Source of the DNA: an uncultured Candidatus Rokubacteria bacterium | GTDB lineage: Bacteria > Methylomirabilota > Methylomirabilia > Rokubacteriales > CSP1-6 | Reading direction: 5' to 3' | Length of the DNA: 64,000 bases | Assembly (NCBI GenBank): GCA_963762145.1 | Contig: CAVXJS010000014.1 | Span: 352,001-416,000, forward strand | Shown here: positions 38,168 to 48,301 of the stretch, one piece after another | Position numbering within the stretch: position 1 is the first letter of the stretch | Layout: each line of letters begins with the position of its first letter | The notes under the pieces: model-generated | What the model saw: only the letters and a program-made list of their open reading frames with translations | Told to the model about the DNA's origin: nothing | Databases searched by the model: none | Program-made: the position numbers and the translations under genes

Positions 38168-39280
38168 CTAGTTCGGGACGATCGCGGCGCGGGTGACGTG
38201 GCCCTTGTCCTGCTGGACGAACGCCTCCTCGATCGATTCGAGCGGGAACTTGTGCGAGATGATCTTGTTCCACGGGTAGCGGCCGCGGGTACGCGTCATC
38301 ATGTCGAGCGCGCCGCGCAGGTGCTCGGCCTCGTAGTGGGAGAGACCGATGATGCGGCGGTTGCCGAAGATGATCCAGGCCGGATCGAACTCGGCCTTCC
38401 AGCCCACGTTGATGTTGCCGATCTCCACGTAGGTACCTTCCGGCGCGGTCATGCGGAGCCCCTCGTCCACCACCTTGGGGTTGCCCACCAGCTCCATGAC
38501 CACGTCGCCGCCCCAGTCGTCGGTGAGCTTCCGGACCGCGTTGATGCGATCGTCCGGCGTCTTGTGCTCGCGCATGTCCACCACGTCGGTGGCCCCGAAC
38601 GAGCGCGCGAGGGTCAGCCGCTCCTCGACGCCGTCGATGACGATGACGCGCGCCGCTCCCATCTCCTTCGCGACCGCGCACGCGTAGACGCCGAGGCCAC
38701 CCGCGCCCTGGATCACCACCGTCTGCCCCGCGCGCACCGCCGCGATGTCGAGGCCCGCGTAGACCTGGGAGAAGGCGCAGTTGACGCCCGCGGCCATGTC
38801 GTCGGTGATGTCGTCGGCCAGCTTGAAGACCGCGTGATTGGGCCGCAGGTAGAAGTACTCGCCGAAGCCGCCCTGGAAGTGCGGCCACACCTCGCAGGAG
38901 ACGAGGAAGTTGGCCTGGCGCACCGGGCAGGACTTGGTCTTGCCCTTGAGGCACATGCGGCAGCGCCCGCAGGGGAAGAAGAAGCGGTAGGCGACGCGGT
39001 CGCCGACCGCGAGCGGCCGGCCTGCCGAGTCGGTGGTGACGCCGGGGCCGAGCTTGGCCACGCGTCCCACGTGCTCGTGCCCGGTGTTCAGCGGCAGCGG
39101 CCGGCCCATCTTCACGTAGTCGAGCTCGCCCCGCCAGTAGTGCAGGTCCGAGCCGCACACGTTGGCCATCGCGACCTTGACCAGGATCGCGCCGGGCTCG
39201 GGATCGGGCACCGGATACTCGCGGATCTCGAACGGTTTGCCCGCGCCGTGGAACACCGCCATCCGCGCCGTGTCTGCCAT
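38168..39280 (-). CDS. Zn-dependent alcohol dehydrogenase (MDR), paralog of 34120..35241
   Basis: VCGSDLH, GHE, CGRCRMC and QGAGGLG; shares REYPVPDPEPGAIL with the paralog. Confidence 0.93.
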   Translation of the reverse strand: MADTARMAVFHGAGKPFEIREYPVPDPEPGAILVKVAMANVCGSDLHYWRGELDYVKMGRPLPLNTGHEHVGRVAKLGPGVTTDSAGRPLAVGDRVAYRFFFPCGRCRMCLKGKTKSCPVRQANFLVSCEVWPHFQGGFGEYFYLRPNHAVFKLADDITDDMAAGVNCAFSQVYAGLDIAAVRAGQTVVIQGAGGLGVYACAVAKEMGAARVIVIDGVEERLTLARSFGATDVVDMREHKTPDDRINAVRKLTDDWGGDVVMELVGNPKVVDEGLRMTAPEGTYVEIGNINVGWKAEFDPAWIIFGNRRIIGLSHYEAEHLRGALDMMTRTRGRYPWNKIISHKFPLESIEEAFVQQDKGHVTRAAIVPN

Positions 39281-39357
39281 GAGCTCGCCTCCTCAGATGA
39301 TGGACGACGGGCGGAGTCTAGCATGGTAGGCTACGTGGCGCCCGGGAGGGCCAAGCC

Positions 39358-40344
39358 ATGAAGATTGCGATCCTCGACGACTACCAGGACACGATCCGCA
39401 CGCTGCGCAGCTTCCCCAAGGTCGCGAGCCATGACGTCACGATCTGGAACGATCACACCAAGGACGTCGACACCCTCGCGGGCCGTCTCAAGGACACCGA
39501 GGTGCTCGTGCTTCTGCGCGAGCGCACCCCGATCCGCGGGCCGCTGATCGAGCGCCTCGACCGGCTACGCATGATCACGCAGGTCGGCGTGGTCCCGAAC
39601 ATCGACGTCCCCGCGTGCACAAAGCGCGGCGTCATCGTCTCCTCGAGCCAGCAGCCGGGCCGGCCGTCGTACGCGACCGCGGAGCTGACGTGGGGCCTCG
39701 TGATCGCCGCGATGCGGCGAATCCCGCAGGAGATGATCGCGATGCGCGCGGGCAAGTGGCAGGCCTACCCGATCGGCCTCGGCCTGCGCGGCAAGACGCT
39801 CGGCATCCTGGGCTACGGCAAGATCGGGGCGGTGGTGGCGGGCTACGGGCGCGCCTTCGGCATGAACGTGCTGGCGTGGGGCCGCGAGAGCACGCTCGAG
39901 AAGGCGAAGGCCGACGGCTACACCGCGGCGGCGAGCCGCGAGGCGTTCTTCGCCGACTCCGACGTGGTCTCGATCCACGTGCGCCTGATCGACGCGACGC
40001 GCGGCATGGTGACCGCGGACGATTTCGCCCGCATGAAGCCCTCGGCGGTGTTCGTCAACACGAGCCGGGCCGGGCTCGTGGTGCCCGGCGCGCTCGAAGC
40101 CGCGCTCGCCAAGGGACGGCCGGGCATGGCCGCGGTCGACGTGTTCGAGGACGAGCCGGTATACGGCGCCAAGCATCCGCTGCTCGCGATGGACAACGCG
40201 ATCTGCGTGCCGCACCTGGGCTACGTCGAGCGCGACAGCCTCGAGCAAATGTACGACACCATCTTCGACCAGGTGCTGGCCTACGGGGCGGGCAAGCCGA
40301 TCAACATCCTGAATCCGGAGGCCCTGGCGGCCGCCAAGTCATGA
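39358..40344 (+). CDS. D-2-hydroxyacid dehydrogenase family
   Basis: LDDYQ, GYGKIG, NTSR, DVFEDEP and PHLGY. Confidence 0.93.
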   Translation: MKIAILDDYQDTIRTLRSFPKVASHDVTIWNDHTKDVDTLAGRLKDTEVLVLLRERTPIRGPLIERLDRLRMITQVGVVPNIDVPACTKRGVIVSSSQQPGRPSYATAELTWGLVIAAMRRIPQEMIAMRAGKWQAYPIGLGLRGKTLGILGYGKIGAVVAGYGRAFGMNVLAWGRESTLEKAKADGYTAAASREAFFADSDVVSIHVRLIDATRGMVTADDFARMKPSAVFVNTSRAGLVVPGALEAALAKGRPGMAAVDVFEDEPVYGAKHPLLAMDNAICVPHLGYVERDSLEQMYDTIFDQVLAYGAGKPINILNPEALAAAKS

Positions 40345-41510
40345 GCATCCGGGACAAGGCGTACATCGTCGGCGTCTTCGAGCATCCCACCCGCAAGGCG
40401 GATAGCATCTCGCTCGCCCAGCTCCACGCGGACGTGGCGCACGGGGCGCTGGCGGACGCGGGGCTCTCCAAGGACGACGTGGACGGGTACTTCTGCGCGG
40501 GCGACGCGCCCGGCCTGGGCGGCCTCTCGATGGCCGACTACATGGGCCTGCGTCTGCGGCACATCGACACCACCGAGACCGGGGGCTCGTCGTACGTGGT
40601 CCACGTGGCCCACGCCGCGGAGGCGATCGCGGCGGGGCGCTGCGACGTGGCCCTGATCACGCTGGCCGGGCGGCCGCGCGCGGAGGGCATGGCCACCGGG
40701 ACCGCGCCGCGCAACTACGGCAGCACCGCGCCCGACGTGGCCTTCGAGGCGCCGTTCTCGCCGACGGTGGTCAACCAGTACGCGATGGCGGCGATGCGTC
40801 ACATGCACGAGTTCAAGACCACCAGCGAGCAGCTCGCGTGGATCAAGGTCGCGGCCTCCCAGCACGCCCAGCACAATCCGCTCGCGATGCTGCGCGAGGT
40901 GGTGACGGTGGCCGACGTGGTCGGCTCGCCCATGATCTCGGATCCGCTCCATCGCTTGGACTGCTGCGTGATCAGCGACGGCGGCGGGGCGGTGATCGTG
41001 GCGCGGCCCGAGGTGGCGAGGCGGCTCAAGCGCCCGCCGGTGACGGTGCGCGGGGCGGGGGAGGCGGTGAAGCACCAGATGGGCGGCCAGGTGGATCTCA
41101 CCTACACCGGGGCGCGCTGGTCGGGCCCCGCCGCGTTCGAGAGCGCGGGCGTGACCCCGGGCGACATCAAGTACGCCTCGATCTACGACAGCTTCACGAT
41201 CACGGTGCTGATCACGCTCGAGGATCTGGGGTTCTGCCCGAAGGGGCAGGGCGGGCGCTTCGTCTCCGACGGCAACCTGATCGCGGGCGTCGGCAAGCTG
41301 CCGTTCAACACCGACGGCGGCGGCCTCTGCAACAATCACCCGGCCAACCGCGGCGGGATGACCAAGGTCATCGAGGCGGTGCGCCAGCTCCGCGGCGAGG
41401 CGCATCCGGCCGTGCAGGTGAAGAACTGCGACCTGGCCCTGGCCCACGGCACCGGCGGCTCCCTCGCCACGCGGCACGCCAGCGCCACCCTGATCCTGGA
41501 GGCCAGATAG
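40341..41510 (+). CDS. Thiolase-superfamily protein (DUF35 partner)
   Basis: ETGGSS, CCVISDGGGA, IYDSFT and NTDGGGLCNNHP. Confidence 0.9.
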   Translation: MSIRDKAYIVGVFEHPTRKADSISLAQLHADVAHGALADAGLSKDDVDGYFCAGDAPGLGGLSMADYMGLRLRHIDTTETGGSSYVVHVAHAAEAIAAGRCDVALITLAGRPRAEGMATGTAPRNYGSTAPDVAFEAPFSPTVVNQYAMAAMRHMHEFKTTSEQLAWIKVAASQHAQHNPLAMLREVVTVADVVGSPMISDPLHRLDCCVISDGGGAVIVARPEVARRLKRPPVTVRGAGEAVKHQMGGQVDLTYTGARWSGPAAFESAGVTPGDIKYASIYDSFTITVLITLEDLGFCPKGQGGRFVSDGNLIAGVGKLPFNTDGGGLCNNHPANRGGMTKVIEAVRQLRGEAHPAVQVKNCDLALAHGTGGSLATRHASATLILEAR

Positions 41511-41512
41511 CC

Positions 41513-41905
41513 ATGGCCGCGAGCGCGCCGAAGATTCCGGCTCCGATCCCGTCGCCCGAGACCGCGCCCTTCTGGGAAGCGGCGGCCAAGGGCAAGCTGC
41601 TCGTGAAGCACTGCACCGCCTGCGGGCGCGCGCATCACTACCCGCGCCCCCACTGCCCGTTCTGCGGCAGCGACCGCACCGAGTGGAAGGAGTCCGCGGG
41701 CCGCGGGGTCATCTACTCCTACAGCGTGATGCGGCGTGCGACCCCGCCCTACACCATCGCCTACGTGACGCTGGAGGAAGGGCCCACCATGATGACCAAC
41801 CTGGTGGACTGCGACGTCGACGGGCTCCGCGTCGGCCAGCCGGTGCGCGTGGTGTGGACGCCGACCGACGGCGGCCCGCCGGTGCCCATGTTCACCCCCC
41901 GGTAG
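41513..41905 (+). CDS. Zn-ribbon/OB-fold (DUF35) protein
   Basis: PFWEA..CTAC..YPRPHCPFC..GRGVIYSYS..LEEGPTMMTN. Confidence 0.92.
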   Translation: MAASAPKIPAPIPSPETAPFWEAAAKGKLLVKHCTACGRAHHYPRPHCPFCGSDRTEWKESAGRGVIYSYSVMRRATPPYTIAYVTLEEGPTMMTNLVDCDVDGLRVGQPVRVVWTPTDGGPPVPMFTPR

Positions 41906-41914
41906 CTCTCCCTC

Positions 41915-43960
41915 GTGGGACGCTACCGGCTCGGCATCGACATCGGCGGGACGTTCACCGACTTCAGCCTCCTGGACGAGAGAACCGGCGAGCTCTCGAG
42001 CTTCAAGTCGCCGACCGTGCCGGGCGATCCCGCCCGGGGCGTCCTCGACGGCTTTCGCGCCCTCGTGGCGGAGCGGGGGTTCGACCCGGGGGCGCTCGAC
42101 TACCTGGTCCACGGCGCGACGATCGCCATCAACACCGTCATCCAGCGCAACGGCGCCTCGCTGGGGCTCCTGGTCACCGCGGGCTTCGGCGACGTGCTCG
42201 AGATCCAGCGGCTCCGGCTCGCGAGCCCGGTGAACTTCACGGCCACGCGCCCGCGGCCGCTCATCCCGCGCTACCGCGTGGGCGAGGTGACCGAGCGCAT
42301 CCTGACCGACGGCACCGTCGACACCCCGCTCGACCGCGCGGAGCTCCTGCGCGAGGCGACCCGGCTCGTCGAGCGGGAGGGCGCCGAGGCGCTCGTCGTC
42401 TCGTTCGTCAACGCCTACCGCACCCCCGCGCACGAGGCGGAAGCGCGCAAGGTCCTGGCGGAGCGCTTCCCCGGGCTCCACGTCACGTGCTCGCACGAGA
42501 TCTGGCCCCAGATCCGCGAGTACGAGCGCACGATGGTGGCCATCCTGAGCGCGTACGTGCGGCCGCGCGTGGATCAGTACCTGGGGCGGCTCGAGCGGGA
42601 GCTGGGCGGCGTTGGAGTGCGCGTGCCGCTGTACATCACGAAATCGAACGGCGGTGTGACCACCGCACGCGACGCGCGCCAGGCCACCGCGGAGACCATG
42701 CTGTCGGGCCCGGCCTCGGGTGTCATCGGTGCGACGCACGTCTGCGTCCGGGCCGGCTACCGCGACCTGATCACCTTCGACATGGGCGGCACCAGCGCCG
42801 ACATCGCCCTCGTGCGAGACGGCCGCCCGGTGTACTCGACCAGCGAGACGGTGGGCGACTTCCCGATCGTCATGCCGGTGGTCGGCGTGTCGTCGATCGG
42901 GGCGGGCGGCGGCTCCATCGCGTGGCTCGACCCGGTCGGGGTCTTGAAGGTCGGCCCGCGCAGCGCGGGCGCCGATCCGGGGCCCGCCTGCTACGGCCAT
43001 GGCGGGACCGAGCCGGCGCTGTCCGATGCCTTCCTCCTCTGCGGCTTCCTCAACCCCGACAACTTCGTCGGGGGCCGGCTTCGCCTCCATCCCGACCAGG
43101 CCGCGCGGGCCATGCGGCCGCTCGGCGAGGCGCTCGGCCTCGACGTGCACGAGACCGCCGAGGCGGTGATCGAGGTGGCCACCGCCAACATGTACGCGGC
43201 CTTCTCGAACGTGCTCGCCCGGCACGGACTCGACCCGCGCGACTTCGCCCTGGTCGCCTTCGGCGGCGCCGGCCCCATCGAGGCGTGCTTTCTGGCCGAG
43301 GAGTTCCACATCCCTCGCGTCATCGTGCCGCCGTCCCCGGGCACGCTCTGCGCGCAGGGCGCCATGATGGCTGACGTCAAGAGCGACTACGTGAAGACGA
43401 TTCACCGGAAGCTCTCCGCGACCTCGGGCAAGCTGCTCGCCGCCGAGTGCGCGGACCTGTCGGCGCGCGCGACGCGCTGGCTCCGCGAGGAGGCGCCCGC
43501 CGTCCCGGAGAGCACGATCGCTTACAGCGCGGACCTCCGCTACGTGGGGCAGGCCTTCCAGATCGAGGTGCCGATCGAGCCCGCGTGGCTGGAGGAGCCC
43601 GGCCCCGATCGTCTCCGGGACGCGTTCCACGATCTCCACGACCGCCTGTACGCCCACGCCGACCGCGCCGCCGACGTCGAGCTCATCGACCTACGCGCGA
43701 CGATCACCGGCGCCACCCCGAAGCCCGCCCTCCGGGCGGTCCCGAGCGGAGGCGGGCCGGCGACGCCGGCGGGGCAGCGCGCGATCCACTACCGCAAGCA
43801 GCGCCACCACGCCGCGGTGTACCACCGGGGCGACCTCCTGGCTGGCCAGCATCTCGTTGGCCCCGCCGTCGTCGAACAGGAGGACACGACCACGCTGGTG
43901 CCGGCGGGCTTCCGCGCCACCGTCGACGCGTTCGGCAACCTCGTCATCGAGGCTGCGTAG
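41915..43960 (+). CDS. Hydantoinase/oxoprolinase A subunit (ATP-binding)
   Basis: DIGGTFTD, SGPASG, DMGGTS, GAGGGSI, GPRSAGADPGP and RYVGQ. Confidence 0.95.
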   Translation: MGRYRLGIDIGGTFTDFSLLDERTGELSSFKSPTVPGDPARGVLDGFRALVAERGFDPGALDYLVHGATIAINTVIQRNGASLGLLVTAGFGDVLEIQRLRLASPVNFTATRPRPLIPRYRVGEVTERILTDGTVDTPLDRAELLREATRLVEREGAEALVVSFVNAYRTPAHEAEARKVLAERFPGLHVTCSHEIWPQIREYERTMVAILSAYVRPRVDQYLGRLERELGGVGVRVPLYITKSNGGVTTARDARQATAETMLSGPASGVIGATHVCVRAGYRDLITFDMGGTSADIALVRDGRPVYSTSETVGDFPIVMPVVGVSSIGAGGGSIAWLDPVGVLKVGPRSAGADPGPACYGHGGTEPALSDAFLLCGFLNPDNFVGGRLRLHPDQAARAMRPLGEALGLDVHETAEAVIEVATANMYAAFSNVLARHGLDPRDFALVAFGGAGPIEACFLAEEFHIPRVIVPPSPGTLCAQGAMMADVKSDYVKTIHRKLSATSGKLLAAECADLSARATRWLREEAPAVPESTIAYSADLRYVGQAFQIEVPIEPAWLEEPGPDRLRDAFHDLHDRLYAHADRAADVELIDLRATITGATPKPALRAVPSGGGPATPAGQRAIHYRKQRHHAAVYHRGDLLAGQHLVGPAVVEQEDTTTLVPAGFRATVDAFGNLVIEAA

Positions 43961-43962
43961 CC

Positions 43963-45948
43963 ATGGCCATCGACCGGGTCACGCTGGAGATCCTGCGCAA
44001 TCACTACCAGGCGGTGGTGGAGGACATGGCGCGGATCATGGAGCGCACCGCCTACACCACGTTCGTGAAGGAGACCGCGGACTTCTCGACGGGGCTCGTC
44101 TCGACGGGTGGGGAATACGTGGCCTATCCCTGGAGCCTGGGCGCCTCGTCGTATCTCGGGCTCAACATGGCCCACACCCTCGCCTACTTCGACCACTACG
44201 ACGAGGGCGATATCGTCATCTGCAACGACGCGTATCTGTCGGGCCCGCTGTGCACGCACTTGCCGGACATCCACATCCTCCGCCCGATCTTCCACGAGGG
44301 GCGCGTGATCTGCTGGGGCTACGCCTTCGTCCACTCCTCCGACATCGGCGGCGCGGTGCCGGCCAGCGTCTGGCCGCGGGCGACCGAGATCTTCCAGGAG
44401 GGTCTGCGGCTTCGACCCACCAAGCTCTACCGGGCCGGGGTCCTCCAGGAAGACGTCAAGAACCTGATCGGGGACAACTGCCGCATCCCCGACGTCAACT
44501 GGGGCGACATCAAGGCGATGGTGGCCGCGGTCAGCTCGTGCGACCGGCGCGTCCAGGAGATGATCGGCAAGTTCGGCCTCGCCACCGTGGAGGAGGGGAT
44601 CGACGCGGTCCTCGACTACGCCGAGCAGCGGGCGCGCGTGGCGATCCGCAAGATTCCCGACGGCACCTATCGGTTCACCGAGTACATGGAGGACGACCTC
44701 CGCTCGGAGGTGCCGGTCCGCATCCAGGTCGCCCTGACGATCGAGGGTGACGCGATCCATCTCGATTTCACCGGCACCGATCCCCAGGTGGGCTCGGCGC
44801 TCAACATGGCGACCCATGGGGTGACGCATCCATTTCTATGCCAGGCGATCAACGCCTACCTGGTCACCGAGGATCCGGGAATCCCGAAGGCCTCCAGCAT
44901 TCTCCGACCGGTGCGGGTCACGGCGCCGCCCGGCTGTCTCGTCAACGCGCTCTTCCCATCGCCGATCGGCGTGCGCTACGGGACCGTGCTCCGGGTCTTC
45001 GACGCGGTCCTCGGCGCGCTCGCCCAGGCGCTCCCCGGCCGCGTGCCTGCCGCGCCGGCGGGCGGGATCTCCCCCGTGGTGGCCTCGGTCCTGGACCTGA
45101 TGACCGGCCAGCGGCAGGTCCAGGTCGTCGAGCCGATGCTGGGCGGCGGCGGCGGCCGCCCCGGCATGGACGGGATCAGCGGCGCCGATTCGACCGCGGG
45201 CTTCCTCCGGAACACGCCGGTCGAGAGCATCGAGGCCGAGGTGCCGATCGTCATGCGCCGCTATCACCTGATTCCCGACACGGGCGGAGCGGGAGAATTC
45301 CGCGGTGGCCTCGCGGTGCGCCTGGACTTCCAGGTGTTTCACCCGCACGCCATCGTCACCGCGCGCGGGATGGAGCGGTGCCGTCTGGAGCCCTGGGGCG
45401 TCGGCGGGGGCCGTGCGGGCACGATGGGGAGCTGCGTGGTCAATCGCGGGACGTCGCGGGCGCGCGACATCGGCAAGGTCGACGTGCTGCACCTCGAGCC
45501 CGGCGACGTGGTGAGCTTCTTCTCGCCGAGCGGGGGCGGCCACGGCGATCCGCGCCGCCGGGACCCGGAGGCGGTGCGGGCCGACGTGCGCGCGGGATTT
45601 CTCAGCGCCGAGCGGGGCCGCGAGGCCTACGGCGTCGTGCTCGCCGACGGGGAGGTCGACACGGAGGCGACGGCGCGGCGGCGCGCGGCCATGCCGGCCT
45701 CGCCCGGCGAGGGATTCGACTTCGGCGCGCGCCGCGCCGAGATGGAGCGACGCTGGCCGCCCGCGATCCAGGATGCCGCTCACCGGGTCCTCGGGAGTGT
45801 GCCGCCGGCGGTGCGCGACTGGGGCAAGCACCAGATCTACGAGCGGATTCGCGAGATCACGGTCACTCGCCCGCCGACCACGGCCGACGTGGACGCGGCC
45901 TGGGCCGACATCCGGGCGCGCCTGGCGCGCGCGCTCGGGGAGACGTGA
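43963..45948 (+). CDS. Hydantoinase/oxoprolinase B subunit
   Basis: ETADFS, HLPD, DIGGAVP, EIFQEG, DFTGTDPQ, NTPVE and DTGGAGEFRGG. Confidence 0.95.
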   Translation: MAIDRVTLEILRNHYQAVVEDMARIMERTAYTTFVKETADFSTGLVSTGGEYVAYPWSLGASSYLGLNMAHTLAYFDHYDEGDIVICNDAYLSGPLCTHLPDIHILRPIFHEGRVICWGYAFVHSSDIGGAVPASVWPRATEIFQEGLRLRPTKLYRAGVLQEDVKNLIGDNCRIPDVNWGDIKAMVAAVSSCDRRVQEMIGKFGLATVEEGIDAVLDYAEQRARVAIRKIPDGTYRFTEYMEDDLRSEVPVRIQVALTIEGDAIHLDFTGTDPQVGSALNMATHGVTHPFLCQAINAYLVTEDPGIPKASSILRPVRVTAPPGCLVNALFPSPIGVRYGTVLRVFDAVLGALAQALPGRVPAAPAGGISPVVASVLDLMTGQRQVQVVEPMLGGGGGRPGMDGISGADSTAGFLRNTPVESIEAEVPIVMRRYHLIPDTGGAGEFRGGLAVRLDFQVFHPHAIVTARGMERCRLEPWGVGGGRAGTMGSCVVNRGTSRARDIGKVDVLHLEPGDVVSFFSPSGGGHGDPRRRDPEAVRADVRAGFLSAERGREAYGVVLADGEVDTEATARRRAAMPASPGEGFDFGARRAEMERRWPPAIQDAAHRVLGSVPPAVRDWGKHQIYERIREITVTRPPTTADVDAAWADIRARLARALGET

Positions 45949-46058
45949 GGCCGCGGAACCCGGCCGCCGGCGGCCCGCTGGGGCCGACGTTCACGCCGCG
46001 GCAGCGATAACCCGCTCGTCCTCGAGCACGTCGGCGCTATAGTAGCGGCGTGCTGCTG

Positions 46059-46268
46059 CTGGAGCCGATCACGTGTCCGCTGGGCGTCGCGGCGGCTCTA
46101 CCTGATGCGTGACCAGGTGCTCGGCGTGCTGAGCGAGTTACCGGTCGCGCGGTGCGAGGGCTGCGGCCTCCTCGATCAGAACCCGAGCGGGCGCGTCGAC
46201 CAGCTCGGCCTGGCTTGTCCTCCGGATTACCCCGCGCACGCCCGCGACCCGGAGCTCGGGCGTATCGT
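46059..46268 (+). pseudogene. Degenerate duplicate of the 5' ~220 bp of the downstream methyltransferase
   Basis: Aligns to 46493-46713 with an 11-bp deletion and scattered substitutions of all base types. Confidence 0.85.
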
Positions 46269-46465
46269 AGTCGGTGGGGGGCTTTCTGCCGGTCCAGGGC
46301 GGAACCGTCGCGGTCACCGCGATCCATGCCTTCACCGACCAGGTCACCGGAGTCGGCGGCTCCATGAAGCGCAGCATCGACAGCAAGGTCATGGCGGGCA
46401 AGATGAAGGAGATGTACGAGGCCGCGCGGGAGAGGAGCCAGAAGGAACGTTGACGCCCCCTCTAT

Positions 46466-47494
46466 ATGCCGAATAGCGACCGCATGCTCGCCCTGGAGCC
46501 GATCACGTGTCCACTGTGCGGGTCGGGGGCGTCTCGGCGGCTCTACCTGATGCGCGACCAGGCGCTCGGCGTGCCGGGTGAGTTCCCGCTCGCGCGCTGC
46601 GAGGGCTGTGGCCTCCTCTATCAGAACCCGCGCGTGCGCGTCGACCAGCTCGGCCTGGCGTACCCGCCGGATTACCCCGCGCATGCCCGCGACCCGGAGC
46701 TCTGGCGGATCGTGCGTCAGCTCGACGCAGGCGGCCGCTGGTTCCTGGCCACGCGGCTCGGCTACGCGCACCTCCGCCCGGATCGGGTGAGCGCGGCCGA
46801 GCGGCTGCGCGCGCTGGGCCGGCGCCGCAAGTATCTCGAGCTGTTCCCACCGTGGGCGCCCGAGGGACGCCTGCTTGACGTGGGCTGCGCGACCGGAAGA
46901 TACCTGCGCCAGATGGGCGCGGTGGGCTGGCAGCTCGCCGGGATCGAGTTCGATCCGGAGGCCGCCGCGAAGGCGCGCACGGTCACGCCGGATGTCTTCG
47001 AGGGCGATCCCGTCGACGCGCCCTTTGCGCCGGGCCGCTTCGATGTGGTCACCGCGTTCCACGTGATCGAGCACCTCCCCGACCCGCTCGGGGCGCTGCG
47101 GCGCATGGTCGAGTGGCTCGCCCCGGGCGGCCTCATGATCGTGGAGGTGCCGAACGTGGGCGGGGTGGGGGGGCGCGTGTTCGGACGCTACTGGTCCGGT
47201 CTCGACTTCCCGCGTCACCTCATACACTTCACGCCGGAGACCATGGGGGCGATGGTGGCGCGCGCCGGAGGCCGGGTGGAGCGCGCCGCGCATCGCACCA
47301 AGCCGCGCTACCTGATCCGGAGCCTGCGCAACCTGCTGGGCGACCGATCGGGCCCGGCCGCGCGCTCCGCGCTGGCGTTGAGCCGGAGTCGCGTGGGCGC
47401 CGGAGCGATGAAGCTCGTCCTCGAGGGACTGATGCCGCTGGCCCGGCCCACCGGCCTCGGTGAGGCGGTGCGCTACTTCATCCGGCGCGCCTGA
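46466..47494 (+). CDS. Class I SAM-dependent methyltransferase with N-terminal CxxC..CxxC
   Basis: CPLC..CEGC, LLDVGCATG, FHVIEHLPDP and PRHLIHFT. Confidence 0.92.
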   Translation: MPNSDRMLALEPITCPLCGSGASRRLYLMRDQALGVPGEFPLARCEGCGLLYQNPRVRVDQLGLAYPPDYPAHARDPELWRIVRQLDAGGRWFLATRLGYAHLRPDRVSAAERLRALGRRRKYLELFPPWAPEGRLLDVGCATGRYLRQMGAVGWQLAGIEFDPEAAAKARTVTPDVFEGDPVDAPFAPGRFDVVTAFHVIEHLPDPLGALRRMVEWLAPGGLMIVEVPNVGGVGGRVFGRYWSGLDFPRHLIHFTPETMGAMVARAGGRVERAAHRTKPRYLIRSLRNLLGDRSGPAARSALALSRSRVGAGAMKLVLEGLMPLARPTGLGEAVRYFIRRA

Positions 47495-47516
47495 CCGCAC
47501 GCCGGCGCCGTCCTCG

Positions 47517-48260
47517 ATGGACGCGGGCCCGCTCCTCGTCGGTATCGCGTGCGCCGCCGCCCTCGTGACCGGCTTCCTGCGCAACGCGGTGGGCGGAGGC
47601 ATCGGGCTCGCCCTCACGCCGATCCTGACGATCGTCCTGCCGCCCCAGCAGGTGCTCGCGATGATCGGCCTGCTCCTGCTCCTGAGCGACCCCATCTCGC
47701 TCTGGCTCTACTGGGGGCGCTGGGACCGCGGGGAGGCGCGCCGGCTCGTGCCCGCGATGCTCGTCGGCATCGCGCTGGGCGGCTGGCTGGTGGCCGGCCT
47801 CTCCGCGACGTCGCTGCGCCACGCCATCGGCGCGGCCGCTCTGGTCTTCGGATCGGTGCAGCTCGCGGTCATGCTGCGCGGCGGGACGCCGTCCGCAGCG
47901 CCGGTCGCGCGGCCGGTGGCGATGGGCGTCGGACTGGTCGCGGGGGTGGCCTCGACGGTGGCACATTCGGGCGGCGTGGTGCTCGGACTCTATCTGGTCG
48001 GCCGGCCCCTCAGCAGTGCCGGCGTGGTGGCGACCGGCACCCTGGCCTACGCCATGTCCGACGTGGTGAAGGTCGGCACGTACGCCGCGATCGGCTGGGT
48101 CACGCCCCCGCTCCTGCTCGCCACCGTCGCGGCGACGCCGTTCCTGTACCTCGGGAGCTGGCTGGGATACCGGCTGAACGCCCGGCTGCCGCGGCGGGCC
48201 TTCGCGCTGACCCTGGTGGCCATCGCGCTCGCCGGCGCGCTCCGTCTCCTGCTGAGCTGA
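47517..48260 (+). CDS. TauE/SafE (TSUP, sulfite exporter-like) membrane protein
   Basis: About 8 hydrophobic segments, GGGIG and STVAHSGG motifs. Confidence 0.8.
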   Translation: MDAGPLLVGIACAAALVTGFLRNAVGGGIGLALTPILTIVLPPQQVLAMIGLLLLLSDPISLWLYWGRWDRGEARRLVPAMLVGIALGGWLVAGLSATSLRHAIGAAALVFGSVQLAVMLRGGTPSAAPVARPVAMGVGLVAGVASTVAHSGGVVLGLYLVGRPLSSAGVVATGTLAYAMSDVVKVGTYAAIGWVTPPLLLATVAATPFLYLGSWLGYRLNARLPRRAFALTLVAIALAGALRLLLS

Positions 48261-48301
48261 CGCGCCGAATTTCCGCGGCTCGACCCGGCGAGCGTGGGAG
48301 G

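Noticed and set aside
46059-46713. Duplicated segment as a diversity-generating retroelement TR/VR pair
   Set aside because: Differences are not adenine-specific, include an 11-bp deletion, lie at the 5' end of the gene, and no reverse transcriptase is present.
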